Shown here: in pieces, positions 19,341 to 28,159 of the stretch
Numbering within the stretch: the stretch's first letter is position 1
Layout of the letters: each line of letters begins with the position of its first letter
NCBI GenBank assembly: GCA_043732305.1
Contig: JAYTHU010000034.1
Location: forward strand, 1-41,412
From: Oligoflexia bacterium
Lineage (GTDB): Bacteria; Bdellovibrionota; Bdellovibrionia; JABDDW01
Reading direction: 5' to 3'
Length of the DNA: 41,412 nt
Translations under genes and position numbers: made by a program
The notes under the pieces: model-generated
Databases searched by the model: none
Told to the model about the DNA's origin: nothing
The model's input: the letters and a program-made list of their open reading frames with translations, nothing else

Positions 19341-20377
19341 TCACTAATGAGCTGTGCGATATTTCTGTAAGTAGGCAAGTGGGCGAAAATTCCTTTTAAA
19401 ATAGCGATTGCTGATCCGATATCGTTTAACCCGTGGTGGGCGAAAGCCATATTATACAAACACGCGTAGGAAAGTTCTGTGTCCGTTGGATCTTCAGCGA
19501 TCAGAGTTTGTGATTCCGCCAAGGCTTCTACGTATGACCCCTCGGCTAGCAAAAAATCCACGTGTAAAAGTTTTTCGCGCGCGGTCCATTTTCTTTTCTT
19601 CTGTCTCAAGACTTTTAACGCCATGTCGTAGAAGCCCATCTCATGAAGCGCAATCGACAAATCATAAACGGATTCAAGATCAAAATCCTTGATATTGTCT
19701 CTGAGGAATACATCGAGTTCTGTCCACTCTACATTGTCATCTTCTATTTTTTTAATTTCAAATCTTTTTATTGGAAATTTTTCGCGCAAAGTTTTGAGAC
19801 GGTGATTGACACCAACTTCTTCTAGTTTCTGATCACTGACTTTAATAAATTCGTCGTCAGGGAACATTTCTTTAAGTTGCTCGAGCACATTTTTAGCTTC
19901 GTCGTTTAATTTTTCCCGTTTGTAGAATTGAAATTCATTGACTAGTTTTTCACGCAGTGCAAAATTTTTCTTTATCCGTGTTGAAAGTTGATCTTCAACT
20001 ACATTTTTCCATCGGGGATCTGAATGATGAAAGGTGAGTGCGGAGAGGGCTAGCGAAAGCAGTCTATCTTCTGCGATAGCTCCGTTATGCATGGCTTCAG
20101 TAAGTTTTGGATCAGTTTTCTTTACGACTTCAAAAACTAGTGGCCAGCAAAGAGTTTTTCTTTCGGTGAGATCTTGCCGAATGGCTTGAATGACTGGAGC
20201 AAAAAGACCGTTGAGAAAACAAAACTTGCCGCAAATATATTTTGCATCAATGTCGAGTTGATTTTTATTCCAAAGCTTTAAAAGCAGGTCCGCGATAGCA
20301 GAGGCTTTTACGCCTTGGCGGTTTTTCTGCGCGATGAAAATTTCGATATTGAAAGGCTGCTCTTTGGCGTCTTCCAT
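19322..20377 (-). CDS. TPR-like hypothetical protein
   Basis: Helical repeats ('YDLSIALHEMGFYDMAL', 'CLYNMAFAHHGL'); GAGGGG SD; overlaps tamB. Confidence 0.75.
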   Translation of the reverse strand: MEDAKEQPFNIEIFIAQKNRQGVKASAIADLLLKLWNKNQLDIDAKYICGKFCFLNGLFAPVIQAIRQDLTERKTLCWPLVFEVVKKTDPKLTEAMHNGAIAEDRLLSLALSALTFHHSDPRWKNVVEDQLSTRIKKNFALREKLVNEFQFYKREKLNDEAKNVLEQLKEMFPDDEFIKVSDQKLEEVGVNHRLKTLREKFPIKRFEIKKIEDDNVEWTELDVFLRDNIKDFDLESVYDLSIALHEMGFYDMALKVLRQKKRKWTAREKLLHVDFLLAEGSYVEALAESQTLIAEDPTDTELSYACLYNMAFAHHGLNDIGSAIAILKGIFAHLPTYRNIAQLISDWETSR

Positions 20378-20400
20378 GACCCCTCAAAAGTAATTGAATC

Positions 20401-20428
20401 TATTGTATTATTGTATTATTGTATTATT
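20401..20428. repeat. Tandem repeat (TATTGTAT)3.5
   Basis: Exact 8-bp unit at 20401, 20409 and 20417, plus a partial copy. Confidence 0.9.
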
Positions 20429-20461
20429 TTACTATTAATGCGGAGTATAAAACAAGGCGGC

Positions 20462-20484
20462 TGCCTGGCAAAATAGGCCAGGCA
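20462..20484 (-). terminator. Hairpin downstream of efp (probable terminator)
   Basis: TGCCTGGC-N7-GCCAGGCA inverted repeat about 10 bp after the efp stop. The U-tract is not directly adjacent on the minus strand. Confidence 0.5.
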
Positions 20485-20493
20485 AAAAGCTCC

Positions 20494-21069
20494 TTATTTA
20501 TTCATTTTCTCGATGTACTGATGAGTGCGGGTATCGACTTTGATCATGTCACCTTCAGAAAGGTGAAGAGGAATTGTGACAACGGCTCCGGTCTGAAGTT
20601 TTGCCGGTTTTGATCCGCCACTCACAGTGTTTCCACGCATTCCGGGATCGGTTTCCACAATCTTAAGCACAACACTGTTTGGAAGATCAATACCAACGGC
20701 TCGTCCGTTGAAGAACAAAATCGTACATTCTAAATTCTCAATCAGGTAATTGGCCGCATCGCCGACATTTTCAGCGCTGAGTTGAATTTGCTCGTAGTTA
20801 GCGTTGTCCATGAAGTTAAAACCATTGTCGTCTTTATACAAAAACTGCATGTCTTTGGTCACGGTATCGGGAACTTTAAATTTCTCACCGCTCTTGAAAG
20901 TTTTTTCCAGATTAGTGCCGGTAATCAAGTTTTTGAGCTTTGTGCGAGTGAATGCATTTCCTTTTCCAGGCTTAACGTGTTGAAAATCAGTTACAACCCA
21001 GAGAACACCCTCGATCTCAATCTTCAAACCTTTTCTAAAATCGGAAACTTCATATTGTCCGGCGGCCAT
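20494..21069 (-). CDS. efp: Elongation factor P
   Basis: 'DFQHVKPGKGNAFTRTKLKN' and 'PGMRGNTVSGGSKPAKLQTG'. Confidence 0.98.
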   Translation of the reverse strand: MAAGQYEVSDFRKGLKIEIEGVLWVVTDFQHVKPGKGNAFTRTKLKNLITGTNLEKTFKSGEKFKVPDTVTKDMQFLYKDDNGFNFMDNANYEQIQLSAENVGDAANYLIENLECTILFFNGRAVGIDLPNSVVLKIVETDPGMRGNTVSGGSKPAKLQTGAVVTIPLHLSEGDMIKVDTRTHQYIEKMNK

Positions 21070-21167
21070 AATTTGTCCTTTTCAAGTTGCTATCTAATGT
21101 TCTGTATTAGCTAATTTATTCACCCAAAGACTCAGCCCGCAGAGACTATCTTAGCCGCGAAGCTAAA

Positions 21168-21956
21168 TCAAGATCTTCGGCGAGCGTCTATTTTACCCAG
21201 CAAATCTTCTAATTTTCGGCGCTTTTCTGCAGCTGTCCTCATATTGAGTGGCTCAATCCAAGATCTCCCCCAGAATATATCGTCTGATTCGAGTTCTTTG
21301 ATTTTCTCTTTTCGAAGTAATATTTCTTTGTTCAATGGGTGGGCCCTGAAAAGAAGTGAGAGCTGTTCGCGGGCTTCTTTCCACTGGCCTCTCTCAAAAC
21401 GAACGTCTAGTAGCGCCAATTCCCGATCTAAACTTTCCCGAGGAAAAAGCTGCTCAGAAATGATGGGTTCATTTGGCTTTTTAAAGGATTGAAGCTTCTG
21501 CATTGAGAATTCTTCTTGAGCATCACTGTCGCTTTCAGCGAAGAAAACATCTTTTTCCAATTTTTGAACGAGCTCTGCTATTTTCTCATCATTCGGGTTG
21601 AGGAATAGCACCATTTTGTAAGACTGCATGGCATCGTGAAGTTTTCCAAGTTTGAAGTAACTTTCCGCCAATATTTGATGAGCTAAAATATTTTCTGGAG
21701 AAATATCCACGGCCGCTTTGAGATGTACGATTGCATCTAAGTGGCGATCCTTTTGAGCGTAAACTTTTCCGAGAGCCACTCTCCCACTCGAGAAATGTGG
21801 ATGCTTAGCTACACCTGCTTCTGCAAGTTCGATGGCCTCATCAAGTAAACCCATGCGTCGATAAGCTTCTGCCAAAGGCGCAAAAACTTTGGAGTTTGGA
21901 TCCTTTTCATAAATTTCTTGATAGCGCTCTACAAAGGCGCTCATGTCCTGACTCAT
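21168..21956 (-). CDS. TPR-repeat protein
   Basis: 'KDPNSKVFAPLAEAYRRMG' followed by three further TPRs. Confidence 0.85.
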   Translation of the reverse strand: MSQDMSAFVERYQEIYEKDPNSKVFAPLAEAYRRMGLLDEAIELAEAGVAKHPHFSSGRVALGKVYAQKDRHLDAIVHLKAAVDISPENILAHQILAESYFKLGKLHDAMQSYKMVLFLNPNDEKIAELVQKLEKDVFFAESDSDAQEEFSMQKLQSFKKPNEPIISEQLFPRESLDRELALLDVRFERGQWKEAREQLSLLFRAHPLNKEILLRKEKIKELESDDIFWGRSWIEPLNMRTAAEKRRKLEDLLGKIDARRRS

Positions 21957-22031
21957 AACACCATATAATCAAAAAAATCTAAGAGTAGCAAAGGTTTTGA
22001 GTCGTTGGTTGATCCATGTTAACGTGATGAT

Positions 22032-22562
22032 ATGCGGTCAAAAAAAGTCATCGTCGGCATTGACCCAGGAACGCTTTTTACAGGTTACGGGGTAGTGGCG
22101 GAAAATTCGGGGGAATTGCAATGTTTGGCATTTGGAGTGATCGAGTCCAAAGCCACGCTGCACATGCATCTGCGGCTTTTGCATTTAGGAACTCAGCTCG
22201 GGTTTCTTTTCGAAAAATACAAGCCAAAGTGTGTGGTTATTGAAAAGGCCTTTTTCGCTAAAAACGCAGAAAGCGCAATGAAACTTGGACAAGCGCGCGG
22301 CATTTGCCTGTACGAATCTTCTCGAGCAAGGCTACCTATTTTTGAATATAATCCAACAGAAGTGAAAAAGGGTTTAACTGGCAGTGGGCGCGCGGAAAAA
22401 GACCAAGTGCAAATGATGGTGCAGCTTCTACTTAATTTGAGCGCGGGCGCAAAACTTGAAATGACAAAATTAGATATGAGTGATGCCTTGGCTTTAGCCA
22501 TCCATCATGCCAAAGTCGGAACCACTTTAGATATTTTGAGAGAATCGGAGATTAACTTGTGA
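22032..22562 (+). CDS. ruvC: Holliday junction resolvase RuvC
   Basis: 'GIDPG..TGYG', 'LGQARG', 'VKKGLTGSGRAEKDQV' and 'DMSDALALA'. Confidence 0.97.
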   Translation: MRSKKVIVGIDPGTLFTGYGVVAENSGELQCLAFGVIESKATLHMHLRLLHLGTQLGFLFEKYKPKCVVIEKAFFAKNAESAMKLGQARGICLYESSRARLPIFEYNPTEVKKGLTGSGRAEKDQVQMMVQLLLNLSAGAKLEMTKLDMSDALALAIHHAKVGTTLDILRESEINL

Positions 22563-23188
22563 TTGCGCATTTAACCGGAAAAATTTTAGATAAAGCAGAT
22601 CAACTTGTTGTCATAGACGTTTTAGGTGTTGGTTACGAAGTTTTCTGCTCGACCCGAACATTGGAAGTTTTAGGAGACGGCGGAGCCGCCATTTCACTTT
22701 ACATTTACACTCATTATAAATCCGAGGGTGCGGCTCTATTTGGTTTTTTGTCTAAAATGGAAAAAGAATTATTTCTCTCTCTTATTAAAGTTGATTCCGT
22801 TGGTCCTAAAAGTGCCTTGAATATTTTGTCTGCCGGTGAGGTTGAAGACCTCATTGATTTGATTGAGGGGGGAGACGTGGTCAGTCTCTCAAAACTTCCA
22901 AAGGTAAGCAAGAAGACTGCTGAACATTTGGTCGTGAAACTTAAAGGAAAGCTTTCCGCGATCGCAGGAATCGGAGCAATGGCTAAAGATCCTGGCGTGG
23001 TTCGCAAGAAATCTAAGATTTTGGAAACTCATAAAATGAGAGGCGAAGCGCAAACCGCCCTCGTGCATTTGGGATTCAAGGCTTTCGAATCCGAAAGAGT
23101 CTTGTCAGAAATGTCGGATGAAATTTGGCAAACAGATTTGGAATCAGTGATTCGAACAGCTCTCAACAATTTATCTGGGAACGTATAA
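22559..23188 (+). CDS. ruvA: Holliday junction DNA helicase subunit RuvA
   Basis: 'MIAHLTGK...DVLGVGYEV', HhH '[10 protein letters not shown]' and C-terminal 'ALVHLGF'. Confidence 0.96.
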   Translation: MIAHLTGKILDKADQLVVIDVLGVGYEVFCSTRTLEVLGDGGAAISLYIYTHYKSEGAALFGFLSKMEKELFLSLIKVDSVGPKSALNILSAGEVEDLIDLIEGGDVVSLSKLPKVSKKTAEHLVVKLKGKLSAIAGIGAMAKDPGVVRKKSKILETHKMRGEAQTALVHLGFKAFESERVLSEMSDEIWQTDLESVIRTALNNLSGNV

Positions 23189-23189
23189 A

Positions 23190-24365
23190 ATGGCGAAAAG
23201 CATAAAAGATAAAATCATTGAGAAGTCTGAAAATGATCTGGACGCAGCACTCGCAGGCGAAGATTATGCCAGCGATGTGTTTTCCGGCGAAGCCTTTGCC
23301 GCAGGCGACGCTTCGCTTGTTGATGATTCGATTTTAGATGTTAAAGTTTTACAGGATGAAGGCCAATTTGAGAAAACTCTTAGGCCCGATTCTCTTGCTG
23401 AATTTCCCGGGCAACACAAAGTTAAAAAAAATCTGGAAGTTTTTATGGAGGCGGCCAAGCGTCGCGCCGAACCTCTGGATCATTGCCTTTTTTATGGGCC
23501 TCCTGGTTTAGGAAAAACCACTCTCTCTTATATTATCGCTAAAGCTATGGGCGCTGAAATCAAAGTGACCTCTGGCCCGGCTCTCGATAAAAAAGGTGAT
23601 CTAGCAGCTATTCTCACCAACTTGCGCGCAGGCAGCGTTCTTTTTATTGACGAAATTCATAGACTCAGTCAAGTGGTGGAAGAATATTTATATTCCGCAA
23701 TGGAAGATTTCTGTCTTGATATGGTCACGGGTGAAGGCCTCGGTGCTCGCACCATGAAATTTAAACTCCCTAAATTCACTCTCGTGGGCGCAACCACTCG
23801 CGCGGGAATGTTGACCTCTCCACTGCGTGATCGTTTCGGTATTGTGGCGCGCTTAGAATTTTATGAAGTCAAAGATCTCGTCACCATTATTTATCGAAGT
23901 GCAAAAATTCTAAATGCCGAGATAGATGAACAAGGTGCTATTGAAATTGCCAGCCGCTCTCGTGGAACTCCAAGAATCGCAAATCGGCTTCTCAAGCGGG
24001 TGCGTGATTTTGCAGTTGTCAAATTCGATGGAAAAATTTCGCTTGAAGCAGCGAAGTATGCTTTGGAAGCCTTGGAAGTTGATCATCGTGGACTAGATGG
24101 AATGGATCGAAAATTGCTCTTAAATATTATCGAAAAATTTGGTGGCGGTCCCGTTGGTATTGATACCTTGAGCGCGACATTGAATGAAGAGCGCGAGACC
24201 ATAGAAGATGTTTACGAACCTTATTTATTACAAGAAGGTTTTTTAATGAAAACTTCTCGCGGTCGCTGTGCATTGCCGCCAGCGTACGAACATTTCAAGC
24301 TCAAGGCTCCGGCCACTCTCGCAGGAATATCGCTCAAAGATTCGTCACAGCCTGATTTGTTTTAA
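23190..24365 (+). CDS. ruvB: Holliday junction DNA helicase RuvB
   Basis: 'GPPGLGKTT', 'FIDEIHRL', 'GATTRAG' and '[12 protein letters not shown]'. Confidence 0.98.
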   Translation: MAKSIKDKIIEKSENDLDAALAGEDYASDVFSGEAFAAGDASLVDDSILDVKVLQDEGQFEKTLRPDSLAEFPGQHKVKKNLEVFMEAAKRRAEPLDHCLFYGPPGLGKTTLSYIIAKAMGAEIKVTSGPALDKKGDLAAILTNLRAGSVLFIDEIHRLSQVVEEYLYSAMEDFCLDMVTGEGLGARTMKFKLPKFTLVGATTRAGMLTSPLRDRFGIVARLEFYEVKDLVTIIYRSAKILNAEIDEQGAIEIASRSRGTPRIANRLLKRVRDFAVVKFDGKISLEAAKYALEALEVDHRGLDGMDRKLLLNIIEKFGGGPVGIDTLSATLNEERETIEDVYEPYLLQEGFLMKTSRGRCALPPAYEHFKLKAPATLAGISLKDSSQPDLF

Positions 24366-24734
24366 TTATTCTGAAACTTCTGAACGAAGTTTTTTAATAC
24401 AATGCTCACGAAGAATTTGCTGATCGTCTTCTATTTTTGAATATTCGAATTTATAGGTTGCGTCATTGGATCGTAAAAAAGCAGTTTCCAAATGCGCCAT
24501 AGTTCAGAAAAATTCTTTAGAGTGTATTTAATTTCTGCGTTTCTTCGATTGGCATGTTGATCGAGACAAGTTTTGGGAGACTCCCTTAAAATTAAGTAGC
24601 CAGGCACATGATCAATCATGTCGTGTTGAAACATTCCAGAATTGTTGTGATTACTTATGGGAGAGACCAATATTTTTCCGAACTCTTTCTAACTTAGGAA
24701 CTTTGAGAATCGCTCCCTCGAGACGAATACCCAT
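24366..24734 (-). pseudogene. Possible degraded gene of uncertain family
   Basis: A frame from ATG 24734 to TAA 24366 fills the gap but has 4 internal stops. Fragments weakly resemble HIT-like ('PGYLIL') or XRE-HTH sequence. Confidence 0.25.
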
Positions 24735-24912
24735 CTTTATAATCTATGGGGTGAAAATAAACGTGAGCTAAATCACCTGAAAAAGCAGCAGGTAGAAAAG
24801 TCAGATAGCTCGCAGCTCTAGACGTAGAAGGCCAAATAAAAATGAAAACTGTCACGAATGTGAATAGTGCACAGGATGTTTTTGTCGAAAAGAACTGCTC
24901 AAAAATATACTT

Positions 24913-25806
24913 TTATCCGGCGTAATTTTTTTGATTCAGGGAAATGGGGTCGCTGACTTCCATGATTTTATAGCAATCCTTGCTTGCGAGTAATTTCTCA
25001 ACAAATTCGTGCATGACATCATGCCCAGCTTTATATAGACCAATGTGACCCATGATCGGCGCACCCAACATAGTGAGATCCCCAATGGCATCCATCGCTT
25101 TGTGGCGGACAAACTCATTGGGATGTCTGAGACCTTCGGGATTAAGAACTTTTTCGCCATCTAAGACAACTGCATTCTCTAAACTTCCGCCTAGAACAAG
25201 GCCACGTTTTTGTAGCGCTTCCACGTCTTTTAGAAATCCAAAGGTTCGAGAGTTCGCAAGTTCCATTTCAAAACTGTGTGCGTTCACATCAAGTTCGATC
25301 TTTTGCTTTTTAATGGCAGGATGAGGAAATTCAATCGTGCAGGTCAGTTTGAAACCATTGTAAGGAAGTGCAAAAGCATGTTTTTCACCCTGAGAATAAT
25401 AAAGTGGCTGAGTGATATAAAAATAACTGCGATACGCTTCTTGTTCAATGGCTCCGACTGATTGCAAAGCTTTGAAAAAATAAAGTGCTGAACCATCACC
25501 AATCGGAAGTTCAGGTCCTTCAAGTTCGATCACCAAGTTATCGATTTGGGCTGCAGAAACTGCCGCCATGCAATGCTCAACGGTTGAAACCGCGAAGATA
25601 CCACTGCCTAGAACAGTCGCCATTTGCGTGGCCTTCACATTCCGAGATTGCGCTTGAAGTGAGGGCAGACCAGGAATGTCTTTGCGGACAAAGTAAACGC
25701 CACTGTTGACTGGTGCCGGCTTAAAAGTAATACGCGCAGGTTTTCCAGTGTGAAGACCAATTCCGTCGACAGAGACAGGCTTTTGAATCGTTTTTTGATA
25801 TAACAT
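24913..25806 (-). CDS. lpxC: UDP-3-O-acyl-N-acetylglucosamine deacetylase
   Basis: 'GIGLHTG', 'STVEH', 'ELPIGDGSA', 'SRTFGF' and 'RHKAMDAIGDL'. Confidence 0.98.
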   Translation of the reverse strand: MLYQKTIQKPVSVDGIGLHTGKPARITFKPAPVNSGVYFVRKDIPGLPSLQAQSRNVKATQMATVLGSGIFAVSTVEHCMAAVSAAQIDNLVIELEGPELPIGDGSALYFFKALQSVGAIEQEAYRSYFYITQPLYYSQGEKHAFALPYNGFKLTCTIEFPHPAIKKQKIELDVNAHSFEMELANSRTFGFLKDVEALQKRGLVLGGSLENAVVLDGEKVLNPEGLRHPNEFVRHKAMDAIGDLTMLGAPIMGHIGLYKAGHDVMHEFVEKLLASKDCYKIMEVSDPISLNQKNYAG

Positions 25807-25820
25807 TACCTAATATTAAC

Positions 25821-25836
25821 AGCAATTTACATGCCG
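25821..25836 (-). promoter_or_regulatory. Sigma54 (-24/-12) promoter of lpxC
   Basis: The minus strand reads CGGCATGTAAATTGCT (GG-N10-GC) just upstream of ATG 25806. Confidence 0.6.
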
Positions 25837-26006
25837 CGGATAGATACAGTCGGGGAAGAGTTAGATCGTTTCTATTCGTTTACGCTAGTGGGGTTGAGTG
25901 AGGTCTAGTGATAGTGAAGCTTATTTACCACTCTTCTCTGCAAAAAAGTGTTTCAAATTTGCCACAGTTTCATGAAAGAATAGTTGCAAGAGGGGAAACC
26001 AAGATC

Positions 26007-26240
26007 ATGTTTCAGTTTATTTTAATGGCTAGTCTTGTCCTATCAGCTTTTGGAGCAACTGGTTGCTCAAGTGCTTCCTCGCGAACCGACTACGATGACA
26101 ACTTGATGTTCGGCGGTCAGGCTCCTCCCGCCAAGCATGAACGGCGGGTGAACATGGATTTTTTCAATAAAGTTTGCTCGCCCAATGGCAGTAGTTCCAA
26201 TAATGGTAAAGAATATGAGTGCCATTACACCGGAGAGTGA
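26007..26240 (+). CDS. Small lipoprotein
   Basis: Signal peptide II 'MFQFILMASLVLSAFGATGC'; AGAGGGG SD; two further Cys residues. Confidence 0.65.
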   Translation: MFQFILMASLVLSAFGATGCSSASSRTDYDDNLMFGGQAPPAKHERRVNMDFFNKVCSPNGSSSNNGKEYECHYTGE

Positions 26241-26290
26241 TATGACTTTGGTGACCGAAATCAAATCAACTATTTGGGGAGATTAAAAAA

Positions 26291-27397
26291 ATGATCATAG
26301 GCGTACCTAAAGAAATTAAAATCAGCGAAAATCGCGTTGGACTTGTTGAAGGCGGAGTTAAATCTCTCGTTCGCGACGGCCACAAAGTTTATGTCGAAAA
26401 AGACGCGGGCCTTGGCAGCGGAATCTCTAACGAAGCTTATGAAAAAGCCGGAGCTACAATATTAGCTACCAAAAAAGAAGTTTACGCTAAAGCCGACATG
26501 ATCATAAAAGTCAAAGAACCACTCCCTGAAGAATATTCTTTGCTTCGCGAAGATCAGATTCTTTACACCTATTTGCATTTGGCACCCGAACCTACTCTGA
26601 CAAAAGCTCTGCTTGAGCGCAAAGTCAAAGGTATCGCATACGAAACAATTCAGTTGGAAGATGGGAGTCTCCCTTTGCTTGTTCCCATGTCTGAAGTGGC
26701 AGGTCGAATGGCTACACTCGTGGGCGCATCTTATTTGCAACGTGATCGTGGCGGCAAAGGTGTTTTGCTGGGCGGAGTTCCCGGAGTGCAAAGAGGTCGC
26801 GTGACTATTTTAGGCGGCGGAATTTCTGGAACCAATGCTGCAAAAATGGCAGTGGGACTTGGCGCACAAGTGACGGTTTTGGATATCAATGCAAAACGTT
26901 TAGAATATCTTGATGATATTTTTGGAAATAAAATTCAAACACTTCATTCCAACATGGTGAACATTGAAAAACTTGTTCCCGAAACAGATCTCCTCATTGG
27001 TGCAGTTTTAGTTCCCGGAGCCAAAGCTCCTCACTTGGTGACTAAAGATATGATTGGCACAATGGAAAAAGGATCAGTGGTTGTGGATATCGCCGTTGAT
27101 CAAGGCGGTTGCATTGAAACATGCCGTCCCACTTCACACAAGGAACCTACTTTTGAAGTGAATGGCGTCGTTCATTACTGCGTTCCCAACATGCCCGGAG
27201 TTTTCTCTCGAACATCAACCTATGCACTCACCAACGTGACTTTGAAATACGCGTTGATGCTCGCAAACTTAGGTGTGGAAGAAGCTTGTGCTAAAGACAA
27301 AGCTTTGTACAAAGGCGTGAACGTTTATGACGGTTACGTGGCGTACGAACAGGTCGCTCGCGACTTGGGTCTGCCTTACAAACCGATGAAGGTCTAG
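26291..27397 (+). CDS. ald: Alanine dehydrogenase
   Basis: '[15 protein letters not shown]', 'YLHLA', 'PMSEVAGRM', 'DQGGCIET' and 'HYCVPNMPG'. Confidence 0.98.
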   Translation: MIIGVPKEIKISENRVGLVEGGVKSLVRDGHKVYVEKDAGLGSGISNEAYEKAGATILATKKEVYAKADMIIKVKEPLPEEYSLLREDQILYTYLHLAPEPTLTKALLERKVKGIAYETIQLEDGSLPLLVPMSEVAGRMATLVGASYLQRDRGGKGVLLGGVPGVQRGRVTILGGGISGTNAAKMAVGLGAQVTVLDINAKRLEYLDDIFGNKIQTLHSNMVNIEKLVPETDLLIGAVLVPGAKAPHLVTKDMIGTMEKGSVVVDIAVDQGGCIETCRPTSHKEPTFEVNGVVHYCVPNMPGVFSRTSTYALTNVTLKYALMLANLGVEEACAKDKALYKGVNVYDGYVAYEQVARDLGLPYKPMKV

Positions 27398-27409
27398 GTC
27401 TAGACCTAG
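27394..27409. repeat. Perfect 16-bp palindrome CTAGGTCTAGACCTAG
   Basis: Identical to its own reverse complement; overlaps the ald stop codon. Confidence 0.9.
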
Positions 27410-27419
27410 CAATCATCCG

Positions 27420-27446
27420 TAATTTCTGCGACAGATGTGCCGATAG
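27420..27446 (+). promoter_or_regulatory. Putative FliA/sigma28 promoter of the glt-like operon
   Basis: TAAT-N15-GCCGATAG versus the consensus TAAA-N15-GCCGATAA. Confidence 0.55.
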
Positions 27447-27492
27447 GCAAAGGTAAGTAATTAAATACACTTAACCTTTGCACCGGGAACCT

Positions 27493-28155
27493 ATGTCGAA
27501 AATTAAAAATTGGTTTGTTCATGTTGGCGGTGAAATCTTTGGACCCGTGTCCACGGAAATCATCACCGTGATGGTGAGACAAAATCGGCTGCAATTTTCC
27601 GATTTTATTTGGTATTCGGGTTTAACAAAATGGGTCCGCATCCTTGATGTGGACGATTTTGTTGGGCTGCTCCCTCCGTATCCACAAGTTTCAATACCTA
27701 CCTCATCTCAAAAAATACTACCCACTGAAAATTTATCCATCCCAAAACCGATAGCATCTAAATATACGGAAAAGATTATTCCTGCCGAAGAAATAAACCC
27801 TAGATCAGGATCTGTTTCTGGAAATCCGTCCAAACCTGGAACAAAGCTTGCCGCTTTTCAACGCGCGATTATCAATGGAAAAGTTAAGATGAGCGGAAAG
27901 GAACCGTTTCAGATTGTGGATATCAGCGAGGGCGGAGTTTTTGTTGCCACTGCTGAACTACTTGAAATCGGCACTGAAATTGCTTTTACACTTGAGGCCG
28001 ATGCGCTCGGAAAACCACTCCCAATGGTTGGAGTAGTCATCAGACACGGTGAACGAAAAGATCAATCGGGATTTGCTATCGAATTCATGAGGGTGAACCC
28101 GATATACAAACGAATCATTCAAACCTACATCTCCGAACACCAAGAAGCGAGTTGA
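27493..28155 (+). CDS. GYF_2 (DUF4339) + PilZ domain protein
   Basis: 'WFVHVGGEIFGPVS...IWYSGLTKW' GYF_2; C-terminal 'DISEGGVFV...GFAIEF' PilZ. Confidence 0.85.
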   Translation: MSKIKNWFVHVGGEIFGPVSTEIITVMVRQNRLQFSDFIWYSGLTKWVRILDVDDFVGLLPPYPQVSIPTSSQKILPTENLSIPKPIASKYTEKIIPAEEINPRSGSVSGNPSKPGTKLAAFQRAIINGKVKMSGKEPFQIVDISEGGVFVATAELLEIGTEIAFTLEADALGKPLPMVGVVIRHGERKDQSGFAIEFMRVNPIYKRIIQTYISEHQEAS

Positions 28156-28159
28156 GCGA

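Noticed and set aside
23190..23330. Acidic N-terminal extension of RuvB as a novel domain
   Set aside because: It is low-complexity and probably disordered, and variable N-termini are common in RuvB.
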